Part shown: in pieces, positions 1 to 14,300 of the stretch
How positions within the stretch are numbered: the first letter of the stretch is position 1
How the letters are laid out: every line of letters begins with the position of its first letter
DNA from: Saccostrea cucullata
Taxonomy: Eukaryota
Direction: 5' to 3'
Assembly (NCBI RefSeq): GCF_032062105.1
Contig: NW_026933408.1
Location: 372,001 to 436,000, forward strand
DNA: 64,000 bases
The notes under the pieces: generated by a model
Told to the model about the DNA's origin: nothing
The model's input: the letters and a program-made list of their open reading frames with translations, nothing else
The model's database searches: none
Position numbers and translations under genes: made by a program

Positions 1-528
1 CTTCAGTAAACATTTTCAATGGTAAAGTTATGTTTGGAAAGAAAAAGTTAGGACAGGCCTTCTTCCTCTATGAGTCATGTTTCAGCTTTAAGGTAAACTT
101 GTAAATTTATACAAGTAATTTCAAGAAAGTTACCTAAATAATTCTAAATTAAAGTCTCTGTCTATATTTACATGTTAGGACTTTTTTGCATGGATTAATG
201 TTTAGCTCAATGTTCTTGTAATTTGTTTATATTGTATTTTGGATTGTAAATATTGTGTAATGGGTATAATTTCTGCATTGGTCCAATTTTGTAATTCATT
301 CAATTAAAAAAAAATCAGAAATGTGCAAATCTATATTCATACGTGTATCAAAAAAGTTTGAATGCCAAAATATTAAAGCTTGAGTCACTTAGTGAATAAA
401 AAAAAGATATTTACACTGCAGAATTATCCTATATGTACTCACTGTTTATAATGTAATCTCTTCTCTTGCTATATTGTACATGCTTTCCTTCTCTATAATC
501 ACCTTGTGTTGTGTCCCCTCTCTTACAG

Positions 529-2318
529 TTTGGGTGGAGGTGATCTTCTGTCACCCCCTAACACCCAGTTTCTTAACCCCGCCTCTTTGGCGGGGCAACT
601 CCCACAACAGAAGCGACATTCATTTACTGCCACGCAGGACACGCCCACTCAATACCAACATAACCGCAGGTAAACATTTGGTCAAGTACTGCTCATACAG
701 GAGGTAAATATTATGTCAGTACTGAAAACGTGTCTCACTCTGATATGCCAGCTTTAGTTATACACTGTCTGTCAAAGTCAGAATTGTTCAAGGTAGGAGA
801 TAAGTAAGCTGCTTTTAACTTATTGTGATACTTGTAGAAATGCTTCAGATTAGTTTTCAGTTATATAGTATCTAAGTGGGTAGGTATACACTGTGGAGAG
901 TTTTTCTGATACACGTTTACAGCAATTTAGCAGTAAATTCCAAAATTAATATATTTATTAAAAAAAAAACCAAACAAACAAGTCATCCACTCAAAGGCTT
1001 TTGGTAACAAAAGGTATAATGAAATGTTTCTCTTTTATGTGGTGTGTGTAAAGTATAATGCATGATTTGCATGCTAGATGCTTTATTTTATATCTGACCA
1101 TTTTGAGTCATAAGTCTATATGCATATACATGTATTAGCTTGCGATATTTTACCACATTTAGCATGTACATTCTACTAGGAGAATAGTTTCTTTTCTCCT
1201 ATCTGTGTATACTACATGTATTAAAATATTCATATACTATTCACTTGGTTAATTCAGCCTTTGGAGAAGCCAAATTTTTTAACAGATAATAGGAATAGGA
1301 GTAGAATATGTGAATAATTAACAGATACCAAGCTTTTAGAGGGGGATGCATATAAGAAATAATATCTGAAGTGACAAAATAGTGAAGTCATAAATCTAAG
1401 GACTTTACAATGCTTGATCTTAAGATCTCTGGATTGTCTGCCCAGATTTTCTCAACCAGAGAGCTACAGATCTGCAGTTGTATTTGGAGAACTCTTTTCT
1501 TTTATAGATCTCTAGAGCTGAGCAGCAAAGGAAATCTAGTGATCCCACCAACATCTGTATCAGGCCAAGTGAGATCCCCACCCCCTCTTCCAAGGACAGG
1601 GCCAGAGAGGCCCCTCAATGTCACAGACCAGGCAGGGGGAGGCAGCAGGGAGAAGGTACAGGTTTTAAAAGGATCGCCCTAAATTAATGCTTCTGACCCA
1701 AGTAGTGCATTTGGACAAACAAACTATATTTCAAATTACGTGATGATCATTGAATGATCACATTTACCATTATAGAATGCAAGCATTTTAGCATTACATG
1801 TGTATTGCATATCAGTACGTAGAATATTTTTCAAGTTTAAATGTAGTACATGTATTTTGATATTCATGATATTCATTGTAGACATCTAGTAGGGGAGCTT
1901 CATTACTGCAAGAAGGCACCAGAGTGGGGTCTTCTAAAACCAAAATGTAAGTATGGGAATAGGAAAAATGTTCAGATAAGAATGTGAAGATGTATATCAA
2001 CTTGACAGTAGATACCGGTACATAATTTATTTGCATTGAATGTTGACCTTCCATTCTTAGCTTTGTTGCCTTGTATCACTACAAACCCCAGAAAGAGGAT
2101 GAGGTTGAATTAAGAAAGGGAGATTACTACAGTGTGATAGAGGCCTGTCTAGATGGATGGTTCAAAGGTCGATGTCTCAAGACTGGCAAAGCTGGGGTCT
2201 TCCCTGGAAATTATGTACAGCAAGCCAGGTTTGTTACCTGTAGTTTTAGACCTTCAGTTGTTTGCTGAAAGTGTAATTTATGAATATTGTTCAAGAAGTT
2301 TAAACTCATTTTTAATAC

Positions 2319-2364
<46 letters not shown>

Positions 2365-2420
2365 CATTTAGTCCGTCGTCCGTCTCTGTCCGTCCGTCTG
2401 TCCGTCTGTAAACTTTTCAC

Positions 2421-2457
<37 letters not shown>

Positions 2458-3935
2458 TGACCAAACTTGGTACAAAGCATCCTTGGGTAAAGGGGAATTT
2501 AAATTGTTAAAATGAAGGGACATATCCCCTCGCAAGGGGAGATAATCAAGAAAAGGGAAAAATAGGGTTGGGTCATTAAAAAATCTTCTTCTCAAGAACC
2601 ACTGGGCCAGAAAAGCTGAAACTTATGTGAAAGCGTCCTGGGGTAGTGTAGATTCTAAATTGTTCAAATCATGACTCCCGGTGGTAGGGCGGGGCCACAA
2701 TGGGGAATCAGTGTTTTACATAGAAATATATAGGAAAAATCTTTGAAAATCTTCTTCTTAAGAACCACTGGGTCAGAAAAGCTGAAACTTATGTGGAAGC
2801 ATCGTGGGGTAGTATAGATTCTAAATTGTACAAATCATGACCCCCGGGGGTAGGGCGGGGCCACAATGGGGAATCAATGTTTTACATAGAAATATATAGG
2901 AAAAATCTTTGAAAATCTTCTTCTCAAGAACCACTGGGCCAGAAAAGCTGAAACTTATGTGGAAGCATCCTGGGGTAGTGTAGATTCTAAATTGTACAAA
3001 TCATGACCCCCGGGGGTAGGGCGGGGCCACAATGGGGAATCAATGTTTTACATAGAAATATATAGGAAAAATCTTTGAAAATCTTCTTCTCAAGAACCAC
3101 TGGGCCAGAAAAGCTGAAACTTATATGGAAGCATCCTGGGGTAGTGTAGATTCTAAATTGTTCAAATCATGACCCCCGGGGGTAGGACGGGGCCACAATG
3201 GGGAATCAGTGTTTTACATAGAAATATATAGGAAAAATCTTTGAAAATCTTCTTCTCAAGAACCACTGGGTCAGAAAAGCTGAAACTTATGTGGAAGCAT
3301 TCTAGGGTAGTGTAGATTCTAAATTGTTCAAATCATGACCCCGGGGGGTAGGACGGGGCCACAATGGGGAATCAGTGTTTTACATAGAGATATATAGGAA
3401 AAATCTTTGAAAATCTTCTTCTCAAGAACCACTGGGTCAGAAAAGCTGAAACTTATGTGGAGGCATTATAGGGTAGTGTAGATTCTAAATTGTTCAAACC
3501 ATGACCCCCGGGGGTAGGGCGGGGCCACAATAGGGAATCAAATTTTACATAGAAATATATGGGAAAAATCTTTGAAAGGGCCACAATGGGGAATCAGTGT
3601 TTTACATAGAGATATATAGGAAAAATCTTTGAAAGTCTTCTTCTCAAGAACCACTGAGCCAGAGAAGCTGAAACTTATTTGGAAGCATCCTGGGGTAGTG
3701 TAGATTTTAAATTGTTCAAATCATGACCCCTGGGAACTGGCCGGGGCCACAATGGGGAATCAATGTTTTACATAGAAATATATAGAAAAAATCTGAAAAT
3801 CAAAACTGAAACTTATTTGGAAGCATACTGGGGTAGTGTAGATTTCAAATTGTTTAAATTATGATAAGTGGGAAGGGTGGGGTCACAATATGTATTACAA
3901 GGGGGAAATCTGGTAAAGAACAGAATGGCCAAAGC

Positions 3936-3974
<39 letters not shown>

Positions 3975-6737
3975 TTTTTTTTTTATACCAACTGAATTCA
4001 TCCCTTCTGATTGGACTGGAAAAATTAAAAAAGTTATTAAGACTTCGATATTGTCTTTGAATGATAAAATTGCCCCCAAAAATCTATCACTAGAAATTAC
4101 CAGTTTAATAAACATGGGGTTTTATTTTTTAGGTCTCCTTCTGCTGGTGGTTTACCCAATAATGTCCAGAATTTACGTGCCAAAACATCATCATCCAACT
4201 CAAAGTCTTCGTCAAGGCAAGAAATGTCATCCAGACCAGAACAGGCAAGTTCTGCCAGGCAAGACAACAGTGCTTCACATAAACAGGGGACTCACAACTC
4301 CAGACTGGATGGTCCGCCGTCATCATCATCCAGACAAGAACAGTCTGCCATCTCCAAACCTTTACCTACATCGTCATCAAGTTCATCATCCGGGTCACAG
4401 GTGCCCCCTGTCAAGTCTTCTCACAAACCTCACCTCCCTCCCCCCTCCTCAGCCTCACTGTCCACAGAGGCTAACCCTGACAGAATGTTAAACTCACAAA
4501 TGTCGTCCACATCTCATACTGCAGACCATTTATCATCACAGGCTAGAAGTGTTCCCAAACCTGTCTATATCAAAGCATCCAAAATGAGTCCTTTAAGAAC
4601 CACTTCATCTGATGTGCAGGGATTAGCAGCTAACGCAGTGGTCATACCACCTAACTCGGTGATCAGTAAAACAGGACCAGTGGTTGGAGTCAATGGACCA
4701 GGATCTTTGGTCCCCAGTGTACAGATAACAGATCCTGTGGGAGCCTCGGGGGAGTCTTCATCATCAAACAAGGTACACGATAATGTACATTGTCATTATT
4801 CAAAAAGGCAAATTCTGCTGTAGCAGCAAGGATATTATTTTCAGACTCAATGAATTAGATAATAAGATGATTTGTACCTGTAAATATTTTAGAGAGAGAA
4901 AAAAGAGAAAGAAAAGTTAAGCCTTGTAAAGAGACTGACTTCTGGGAAGGGTAGGAAGGCCAGGTCCACCCCAGACAGTGAGGGAGCCTTACCCTCGGGA
5001 AAAGTAGCTCATACAAGGTAAAATAGCATACGAAAGACACTAATGCACACATAGGATACATTTGCTCATAAAAGGAAAATAGCACATACAAGGTGTAATA
5101 GCACATAAATGTACAAGGTATAACTTGCTACATATGTGTATATACAGTAACTCTGAATTCTTCTAATTTAGGTAAGATTATTATTTTATATACATGCATA
5201 ATTAATTTTTCAATTCATTTAAGAAACCTGCAACTTAAGCATATATTTCCTAGATACCAAACATAAAACTTTTTTAACAATGTTTGGAGATGCTAGCTTT
5301 ATAAATATGTTTTCTGTTGGAATTGTAAATTTTCTAAAGTTCCATAGGTTTTGAAAGTACATGTGTATATTATCTATTTTTAAAATTACTATCATATACG
5401 TAAATAAATCTATGACAGACAGAACATCAAACAGAACCTCAATTTGACAGATAATTTTTTTGTAGGTCTGGATCGTATCCATCTGAGGTGGCCACGTCTG
5501 TAGAAGGCCAACATGTTAAGACTGGATCTTTTGATTCCTCTGTACACCCTCCTCTCGGGTCAAAACATCACAAACAAAAGTCCCTCAGTCGAGAAAAGTA
5601 AGTTCCTCAGTCAAAATATTTCAAACAAAAAGCCTCCATGGAGAAAAGTAAGTGTTTCAGTCAAAACATAAAAAACATAAGGCCCTCAGTGGAGAAAAGT
5701 TAGTGTCTCATTCAAAATACTGTATAACAAACAAAAGTCCCTCAGCTGAGAAAAGTAAGTTCCTCAGTTAAAATACATGTATAAGAAACGAAAGGCCTCA
5801 GTTGAGAAAAATAAGTTCCTCAGTCAAAACAAAACAAACAAAAGGCCCTCAGTCGAGAAAAGTAAGAACCTCAGTCAAAACATAAAAACTAAAGGCCCTC
5901 AGTGGAGAAAAGTTAGTGTCTCAGTCAAAATATAACAAACAAAAGGCCCTCAGTCAAGATGAGTACTCATGTAGTTGTGTAGGTCAAAAGATAACAAATA
6001 AAATACCCTTAGACAAGACAAGAAAAGTCCCTCAGTCAAAACATAGCACACAAAAGGTCATAAGTCTAGAAAACTGGGTACCTTGCTCAAAACAGCAATT
6101 AAAAGGTCCTCAGCCAAGAAAAGTAAATGTGTAGGTCAAATTACAAAAATCAAAAGGCCCTCAGTCCACAAAAGTGCCTTGGTTAAAACAAAACAAAAGG
6201 CCCTCAGCCAAGAAAAGTGTCTCCATCAAATGCCCCCAGTCGAGAAAAATGCCTCTGTCCAAACATAATGAGCAAAAGGCCATCAGTCATGAAAAATAAG
6301 CTTACCAGTCTCAAAATAGAGTTTTTGTCAACTTTTCATATACGGCATGATTTTAATCACAGCTGACCTTGATTATTCTAGCTCGTGTATTTTATCTGTA
6401 CACAATAGTCTTAATTTTTGTAGTTAGAGACCTTGATCAGTATAGCTCGTCTGTTTATCTCTACACAATGGCCTTAATTTTCAAAACGGCATACAATACC
6501 TTGTAATCTTGTCAGAACATATTGCATGTTACCTTGATATATGATTATTCTGTTGCTTGCAGATACCGATGTAAAGAGCCGTATCCTGCCCAACACGTAG
6601 TAGAGCTGGACCTAATGTTGGGAGACATTGTTTACGTGACAAAGAAACGCGAGGATGGCTGGTTCAAAGGAACACTGCAGAGAAGTGGAAAGACAGGGTT
6701 ATTTCCTGGAAGCTTTGTGGAAAAAGTGGATCAATGA
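529..6737 (+). CDS. SH3RF1: E3 ubiquitin ligase SH3RF1/POSH-like (SH3RF family), 3' portion; 5' exons lie upstream of the window
   Basis: Phase-consistent GT-AG exons 529-669, 1508-1655, 1882-1946, 2061-2228, 4133-4772, 4893-5017, 5466-5597, 6563-6737. They encode the POSH motifs KRHSFT and NRRSLEL, a third SH3 ([25 protein letters not shown]...DGWFKG...GVFPGNYV), [12 protein letters not shown] and a terminal SH3 ([39 protein letters not shown]). Paralog number (RF1 vs RF3) cannot be resolved in an invertebrate. Confidence 0.93.
2324..3970 (+). mobile_element. Non-autonomous Helentron/Helitron-like element (HINE type) with internal 166-bp satellite array, in an SH3RF intron
   Basis: 5' subterminal AGCTCACCTGAGC, (GTCC)n-like microsatellite, about 7-8 monomers at a 166-bp period (2581, 2747, 2913...), 3' inverted CTCAGGTGAGC and terminal palindrome GGCCCATGGGCC, inserted in a T run. 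Confidence 0.85.
5560..6300 (+). repeat. Degenerate ~45-55 bp tandem repeat derived from an SH3RF exon end plus its 5' splice site
   Basis: Recurring AAACAAAAG(G/T)CCCTCAGTCGAGAAAAGTAAGT(T)CCTCAGTCAAAA; the first unit overlaps the end of exon 5466-5597. Confidence 0.8.
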
Positions 6738-8381
6738 CATTTCAACATTACTTCTGTAGGGACGGTTTGACTAGATATGCAATTGCTAAACCTTCCCAAG
6801 GCTCAGGAAAATAGAAAGTTTGTAGACAGCGTGACTGTGGATTTTCCTACCTTGAAGGTTCACTCATCATGCAGTGGGGAATAAGACATGTCAGATACAA
6901 ATGTGATAGTTGATGTATTTTTTATACACAAAATTGCATTAAGTTTATTCACATGAATAAGTAAGTTCATTTAAACTTCAGGTTTTGTCCTAATATTACA
7001 ATGATTTTAACATCATCCTTTTCATGCACACATGTTGTACAGGAAAACGTTTTCTTATTATTTAGTATATAAACTGCCATTTTGTGCATTTTTGTGTATT
7101 AGATATTATTGATGCAATATTTTAAATATTGAGTTAAATATTTTCATTTCCTGCCTTTGACATCTTAGTTCATGTGTTAGTTGAACAATAACTGAAAAAT
7201 GTAGGATGCTAACCTCACTTTCACTTTCTTTTGTTATATGCAAGTATCTCTCATTCACTCTTGATAACTAAGGGCATTTTATTTCTTTGAATAAACATTG
7301 ATTTTTATTTCCTATATATGAATAGGCTGTATGTTGTTATTTGAATCTGTAGTTTCCCTTTACATGCATGTAATTGATACTATAAAATGTCTTCCAGTCA
7401 TTTTCGTTATTCAATTTGAATACTGTGTCTTGCTGGTTATTACAGTTTATACATTAGTAACCTGTGTATCTTACACATTATATTGTTGAAAAGAAATCAT
7501 TAAAAGATTTAACAGTGCCATCTTAAAATTTGTATATTAACTAATTTCTATTTGACTTACATGTATATCTAGTTACAAAAGTGATTATTGAAAGATTTTT
7601 AAAATGTTCATTGTATAGATAATTACCTGTATTAGTGTATTGTATAAGGATGTACTGTTTGATATATTCTCCTTAACTCTGTTACTTGAAGCATGCATCT
7701 TCTGTACCTTAAATGTAAAGTTTTTTTTTTTTTATTTGATTTCCTGTCAAACAGAGCATTGGATATACTCAAATCAGTGATATTTTTGAAGATGTTGTGA
7801 TTTTTACATTATTTAATTATACAACCAATTCTTAGGTTAGTGCTGTGGAGTAGTTTTTGAACTGATTTTATCAGAGTTTCTTGTCTAGAGAAGGTTGTCA
7901 TTTTAATTCTGTGTGTAGAGTCTCTATGCATTATGGATTTTACCTTTCTCGGTTTAGCATGGAGAAATTTTTTTGTCTATGCATTGTTTTGTACAAGGCT
8001 TCATATGTTAACATTCCAAAAGTGATTTGGCATGTCACATTCTGGTTATACCCCTAGGAAATACAAAGTAAAAATGAGATTTCTCTTTTGTTGTTAATTT
8101 CTTCTCAGCTGAGAGCAGGATTATTGGACATCATTGTTCTCTTTCTGAATTAACAATTTATAATTGTATGCTGTTACATGTAATTACTCAAAGTCAAAAC
8201 ATTCAAGTAGTTTATTTTGCTCACTGATGAAATCACACGTGAAAGTTGTTTTTTTTTTATTGTTTATTTAAAAAAAAATAACAGGAATAAAAATTTCTTT
8301 CAATATTAAGTTATACAACACCATAACAACTTTGTTCATATAAACACAGACTTTTCTTTGTAGATCTATCTTTGTGAGATT

Positions 8382-11300
8382 TCACGGTATTCTTGCATCC
8401 CCTGTATTAACTATTAAAAAGAAAATAAACAAATAATTAAAATACAGATAATATGTGTCTATCTTTGACAGAGTAAAAAGAAACCACAAGGAAATTTAAC
8501 ATAAAGTACTGGATACATACCACCCATGCAAGTAGAAGTTAATGCGTCAAAGCAAAACTCATTCTCAAAGCACGTTAGCTGAAACAGAAAATAAAAATGA
8601 GAAAGAAATCACTCATAATGAGAGAGAAAGAGAGAGAGATAGAAATAGAGATACCTGTCCACAGTTATCCCCTCTTCCTGCTGTATTTTGTGGAACCTCT
8701 GGTCTTTGATTAAGTCCAACGTTTGACCCTTAACATGTATAAAAACAATCATTAGATACAAAACTAAATCAGTCTACAACAACTATACAGCTATATAAAC
8801 AGGGTACTCACCAGGTCCAAGTGGCGCCCCGACACAGTTATTACCCTGACAAACCTCTGCAATGTCAGGAATACGGATTATATCCGGCCCGGGCCCCCCA
8901 GGTCCTTGTGGAATGGGTTGTTGAGGAATCACCGGCTGTGCGGGTCTGTTCTGTGTAGGAGGGACCCCACCCCCGGGTTGTAAATCACTAAGTGGTGGAA
9001 GACTCATCCCTGTGCCAGATGCTGATGTACCACTCAAAGCGGAAGTTCCAAACAAACCACGTGATGGAGTTTGCGGTACCGCTGCTGGTATATTATCAGT
9101 CATTGGAAACAGCTCTGTGTTTGGAATAGGGTTAAGATCAATAGGCCCAGAGGAACCTGGGATTGGTGAGAGGTCAGAGGAGGAACCAGGCGTTATTATG
9201 ATCGGTGGGTGTCTCGCCCACGGCACCCTGGAACCAGAAGAATCTCTGACGGTCCATCTGGAGTTAGGGTCAATATTTGTATTTGTTCGACTGTTTGGAA
9301 TCAAAGATGAAAAAGGTCCAGTCTGTGAATTCCTATTGATGGGCGATATTGGTCTGTTATTTGGAACAACAGGTATCATTGACGAAGCCTCTGAATTTGG
9401 ACCAAGAGGAGATAATGGACCCGTCTGCGAGAAAGGCATATTTGGTAGCGACTGTACAGGATTAACTGGGCGAACATCGTTCGGATTTACGGCACCTGTG
9501 TAACAAAAGAGACATCATCCAGTTGTATGGAATATATGGAGATAACGAACAGTATTCAAAATCAAAGTCCCTTAAACAATACAAAATTGGAGCAGAGCAA
9601 ACACGGACCTACAAAACATCAGAAGTGGGATCAGGTGCCAAGGAGGAGCGAGCATCCATGCTGATCGGTCACACACGCCGTGTGCTCCTTGTCATGATCG
9701 GGAAATAACGGAAAAACCGTCGAATATTCAGTGTGTATATTATGGTCTAACTATCAGTATGAAAAACACCAGTCGGCATTTGACTAAATGATGAATTGTG
9801 TACTGACAAGGTCATTGTATCGACCATAGATCTTACGAAATGATGACTATAGATGATTTATTATTAATATAATCATCATGAACGAGGGTATATGGTTGTG
9901 AGGTACGTGCTGTAGACGGCAATAGAAAGGTAGCCTGTTAGTGAAATGTCCTTCGAGATTTTTGAACTCGAATTGAGACGCCACCACATGCCGCTTGATG
10001 GCTGCAATTTAATTTAGACCTGTGCCACAGGCTTTTAGTAAGGGAACTTTACCATCGTCCCCTACTGTGACGTGGGACTTCGTTTTGTAAAGATTCATTC
10101 GAAGGACCGGTTTCCACGTCCTATAGTGGGATTCTAACTCGCAGAGTCAGAATCAGCCCGATCCTTATTCCGCGACTCAATCTAGAGCAAATGTTCAAGC
10201 CACTGCATGCGCTACCCGGGCGACATAGTTACGCGTTGCGATTGTTTTCCCTCTGCAAAATTGACGACGATATGTGCAGTACAATTTTGTATGCCTATAC
10301 ATGTTGGTTGTCATTGAAATTTATTTAACGAACCATCCTATGTAAATACTTAAGTTTATTTGGGACTTAAACTTTTTGTAAACTTCAGGCACAAGCATTT
10401 AAAATTACCCTTTAGACTAAAATTATGAATATATGTTGTTAATGATTTCTGGAGTTTTATTTCGAAAAAGCCTTTGAATTAAAAAAAAAATGATAAAAGT
10501 TAGAATTTATGCACTCCAGTTGATTTGATAAGATGCCTTTGGAGTCTCCCAGTTGATTCTTAAGGATACCGACAGTCCCCTTGTAAGTCAACATTTTGCA
10601 AATTCTATGATAAAAACAACGACCATTCTTTACACACTGAATCGTGTAAGGAGTTTTCTTATCGGTCTTTATGACAATGAGCAGACGATTATTGGACCAG
10701 AAGACATGGGGTTCTTACTCCTCCATGGCACTTGATCCTAACTCTGGTGTTTCTATTGGTCCTTGTTTGTTCTCTTCTCAGTTCCAGCATGACATTATAA
10801 CAAATCGAAAGATTTGTTATAAGATATCTTACCAACAGTTAGGGCTATTCCAGTACAATGACCATCTATACATCGGGAGTTTGGCGGACACGGTCTCTGT
10901 TACAGGAATAAAACGGACAGATCAAATACAAAGACCAATGACGAAACATGTGAGTTGATTTATTATTTTGTACATGTGTGTCGATTTTCTTGCTGAAAAC
11001 CTCTAAGTATATGTTGTATTTGAAATTATGAGATATTCAATTATCTAAACTTATTGCATAGATTTTTTTAAACAAATAAAATTTTATTCTAGCTAATTTT
11101 AATCTCCGAAAGATCAAAAATAAAAATTGTTCAGAAATATTCCAACTTTATTATTGTATGGACTTGAATGAAGGAAATATAACAACAGCAAGTTTTTTCC
11201 CTTTTTGTGCGATAGGAAAACTAAGTAAATTCACTTACATCACAGGTTGGATGTGGCCTAGCTACAAGATGAAAAATAAAAATTCAGAGTCAAGTGAAAA

Positions 11301-14300
11301 CCAGGTATAGAACAGATTACTTCTCAGCAATAGCAAATATATGATTTTTTAAAAATCATTTATTTAATTCATACAAAGAGGGGCTTAAGGAACTAAGACT
11401 ATGACCATGAGGGTATTAGAAGACCTACCGTTGAGAACATCGCAGTGACAATCCCCAGGACTGTCACAGTGGCACACGTAGCCGGGGGGACACGAGGGCT
11501 GTCAAAGAAACAAAATTAAAACTTCAGTAATGGCATCTGACCAATTGCCAAGTTAACAAAAAGTCACGTTAAATTAGTCATATTTTTGTCTATTTCAAAT
11601 AAGGAAATTTATTTGCAATCTTCAGTTAGTGCAACTTTAAAGTTAGAATTATATTTCTAAAAAGTATTATGATACATACACTACACTGAGAATTCCCGAC
11701 TGAAAGGAAAGAAATGACATCAAGTCAGTGTTATTGACAATGCTGCAATTCTTACTTATATTTTTGTCATATATAACCTGTAATTCAATATGAAATATTA
11801 ATATCAAATGTAAGCAGTTTAAGTTAAGGGAGTTCTGGTATAACAAGAGAGAAGGAGAAGAGATATCTAAGAACCATGACAAATCTTGAGAAAATTGTTG
11901 AAACCATGGATAAAAAAACAATTATTTAATAGAATATTGATATAACAGAAAATTGTAGACAAACATTTTCAGACCCACCCCCTCCCCCCAATATCACAAG
12001 AGACACTATTGAAAGTACAATATCATAGAGACTTTCAAGAAAGAAAATGCATCTTGCAGAGCTAGCATATTTGTCTTTTTTAGGAAAGGAAGATAACAGT
12101 AACATTTGGTAAAGATTTGAAATATGCTAGCATAAGACCTTTGGATAATGGAATGACCTGACAGCCCTTTGGAATGGAATATTCGTTAGTTATATATAAT
12201 GTAGGCAGTGGAATTCGCGTACGTATCAATTTTACCGAAATTTTCAGTCAGTAAATTTAAAACAATACGTATTACGAATATTTTTAATTTACGAAAAAAT
12301 TCGGTAAAATTGATGGGTACGCGAACTCCTGTGATATAAGGAAACTTTTAGAAACAGCGAAGTTAACAGCTGTGATAGAAGTTAACAGGTAAGACAGCTA
12401 TTTAGCATTTGTGTAATTTTATAAAACAAACCAGTATAATTGAATACAAACCTCTTTGGCATATTCCTTTGTTGCAAACTTCTCCGTTCCTGCATCTAGG
12501 CTTAACAGAAAATGGCTTCGATAATATTAGTAGCTGAGTAAGTTCAAAATACTTAAGTCATACAAGGTTCAAAAGCACACGGTTTACTGTTTATTTTATG
12601 GCACAATGATTTGACCTTGGTCTTGCTAATGTATTGTTTTATTTACGCCTAGTCGGCAATTTTTCAGCCATATTTCGGCGGTCTTGGAAATGGTGATAAC
12701 GAACAGTATTTAAGCTCCGATTTCCAATCAAACAGTACAAATATGAGCAGAGATAACAATGATAGCTCTTAAGATGGGATCAAATGACATGAAAGAGTAA
12801 GCATCCCCTTCGACTGGTCACAGCCGCCATGTGCTCCTTGACATGATCGGGAAAACTGGAGAAAATTGTAAACAATTCAGTGTGTAAATAATGGCTTAAC
12901 AATTAGTATGATAAATGTCAGTCAAAATTTGACTTAATGATAAATTGTAGTTGCTGACAAGGTCATGTATCGACCATAGAAACGATGACTTTAAACGAGA
13001 CTTCTGATATTGTTGTTTCGTTAGATAGCCAGCTTGAGAATGGCCTACCCCGTTTTAGAAAGTTTGTAGGTTGTGCATGGTCTTGTGTATCGAAACAAGA
13101 ATAGGAAGAGACATAGACCCAAAAGCCTCAGGTATATTGCTATATAGATAAGGGAAGTTAACGAATGAAAAGTTGAAGTCATCAAGTTTATTATATGGCG
13201 TTGCTGTTAGGTTATTTCAATCTTTAATTTCAAGCTCATTGGCTAGATCGATTCGACATATGACTTTTTTTCTTCTTATTTTTAAGATTTTGAATAAGTT
13301 CAACTTCAAATGAATACAAAAATACTAGTAGGTCCAATGATAATGATACCTGTAGGAATTCAGAAAGATTGTTAGATTATGATATTGAGTCAAGATTTTG
13401 CAAACCTAGGTAGTAAAATACTCGTTTTACTTTCCTACAATAAAGTGTTGTCAATCTTTTACATTACTCAGACGCTGACAGACAGACAGCTACAAATACG
13501 GCTATAGACAGAACAGCACTTATTGAGGCTTCATGAATTAAAAATTGCTTATTAAAATGTCCCAATTCCATCAGAGTTTTATGAAGTAAAATTGATTTCG
13601 ATAAACACAATTTGAAATAGATTAAATAAGAATGGAAAACCTTCACATATTATAACAAAATAAAGTAATTAAAAAATTATTTTCGTGCACTAGTATTTTT
13701 CCTAATGTGACTTCTGTCTGATCACTACTGATGAATTCTCTTTGAAAAAAATAAGTTTAATACACTATGTAAACCTTTATAATGAACCTACGGCGTATGT
13801 GACCAGTCGAAAGCTTACTACTCCATGGCACCTGATCCCACCTTTGGTGTTTTCAGAGGTTCGTGCACATTATAATTTCAGTGTGGTCCGTCAACAGATT
13901 TTGAATAATTAAAAAAAGATTTTACTGATGTCAGTTTCACTTTTACCATTAACACAGCTTATTTTTTTAAACATCTGAATCAATGCTTACCTCACATGGC
14001 TCTGCAATATAAAATCAATGGACATCATTATAAAATGATAAGACAAAGTTTTTCTTAAAATAACAATCACATACTGGCGGTTCCATGTATTATACGTATA
14101 CTATTATTTTAACAGAAATCTTGTTTCTACATTATCAAGCTTTTGCAAGTTTGTACCTCTCAATGTATAAATCAAAGAACCTTTATGGGGCATGTATTCT
14201 TTCACCCTTAACAACAACGTTTGCACGAAATCTTGACAGAAAACGTTTTAAAAAATATATGTATAGATAATTGGCTGTGAATAACAAATATCAATCGAAC

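Noticed and set aside
2368-2595. Short ORFs in repeat elements (also 45739-45963, 54827-55102 and the Penelope tail ORFs)
   Set aside because: Translations of non-coding TE termini that recur with each copy.
3868-4491. 207-aa ORF
   Set aside because: Starts in a Helentron end and reads the SH3RF exon out of frame; splice phase supports the Ser-rich frame.
9012-9503. 163-aa plus-strand ORF
   Set aside because: Antisense shadow of the Pro-rich exon of gene A.
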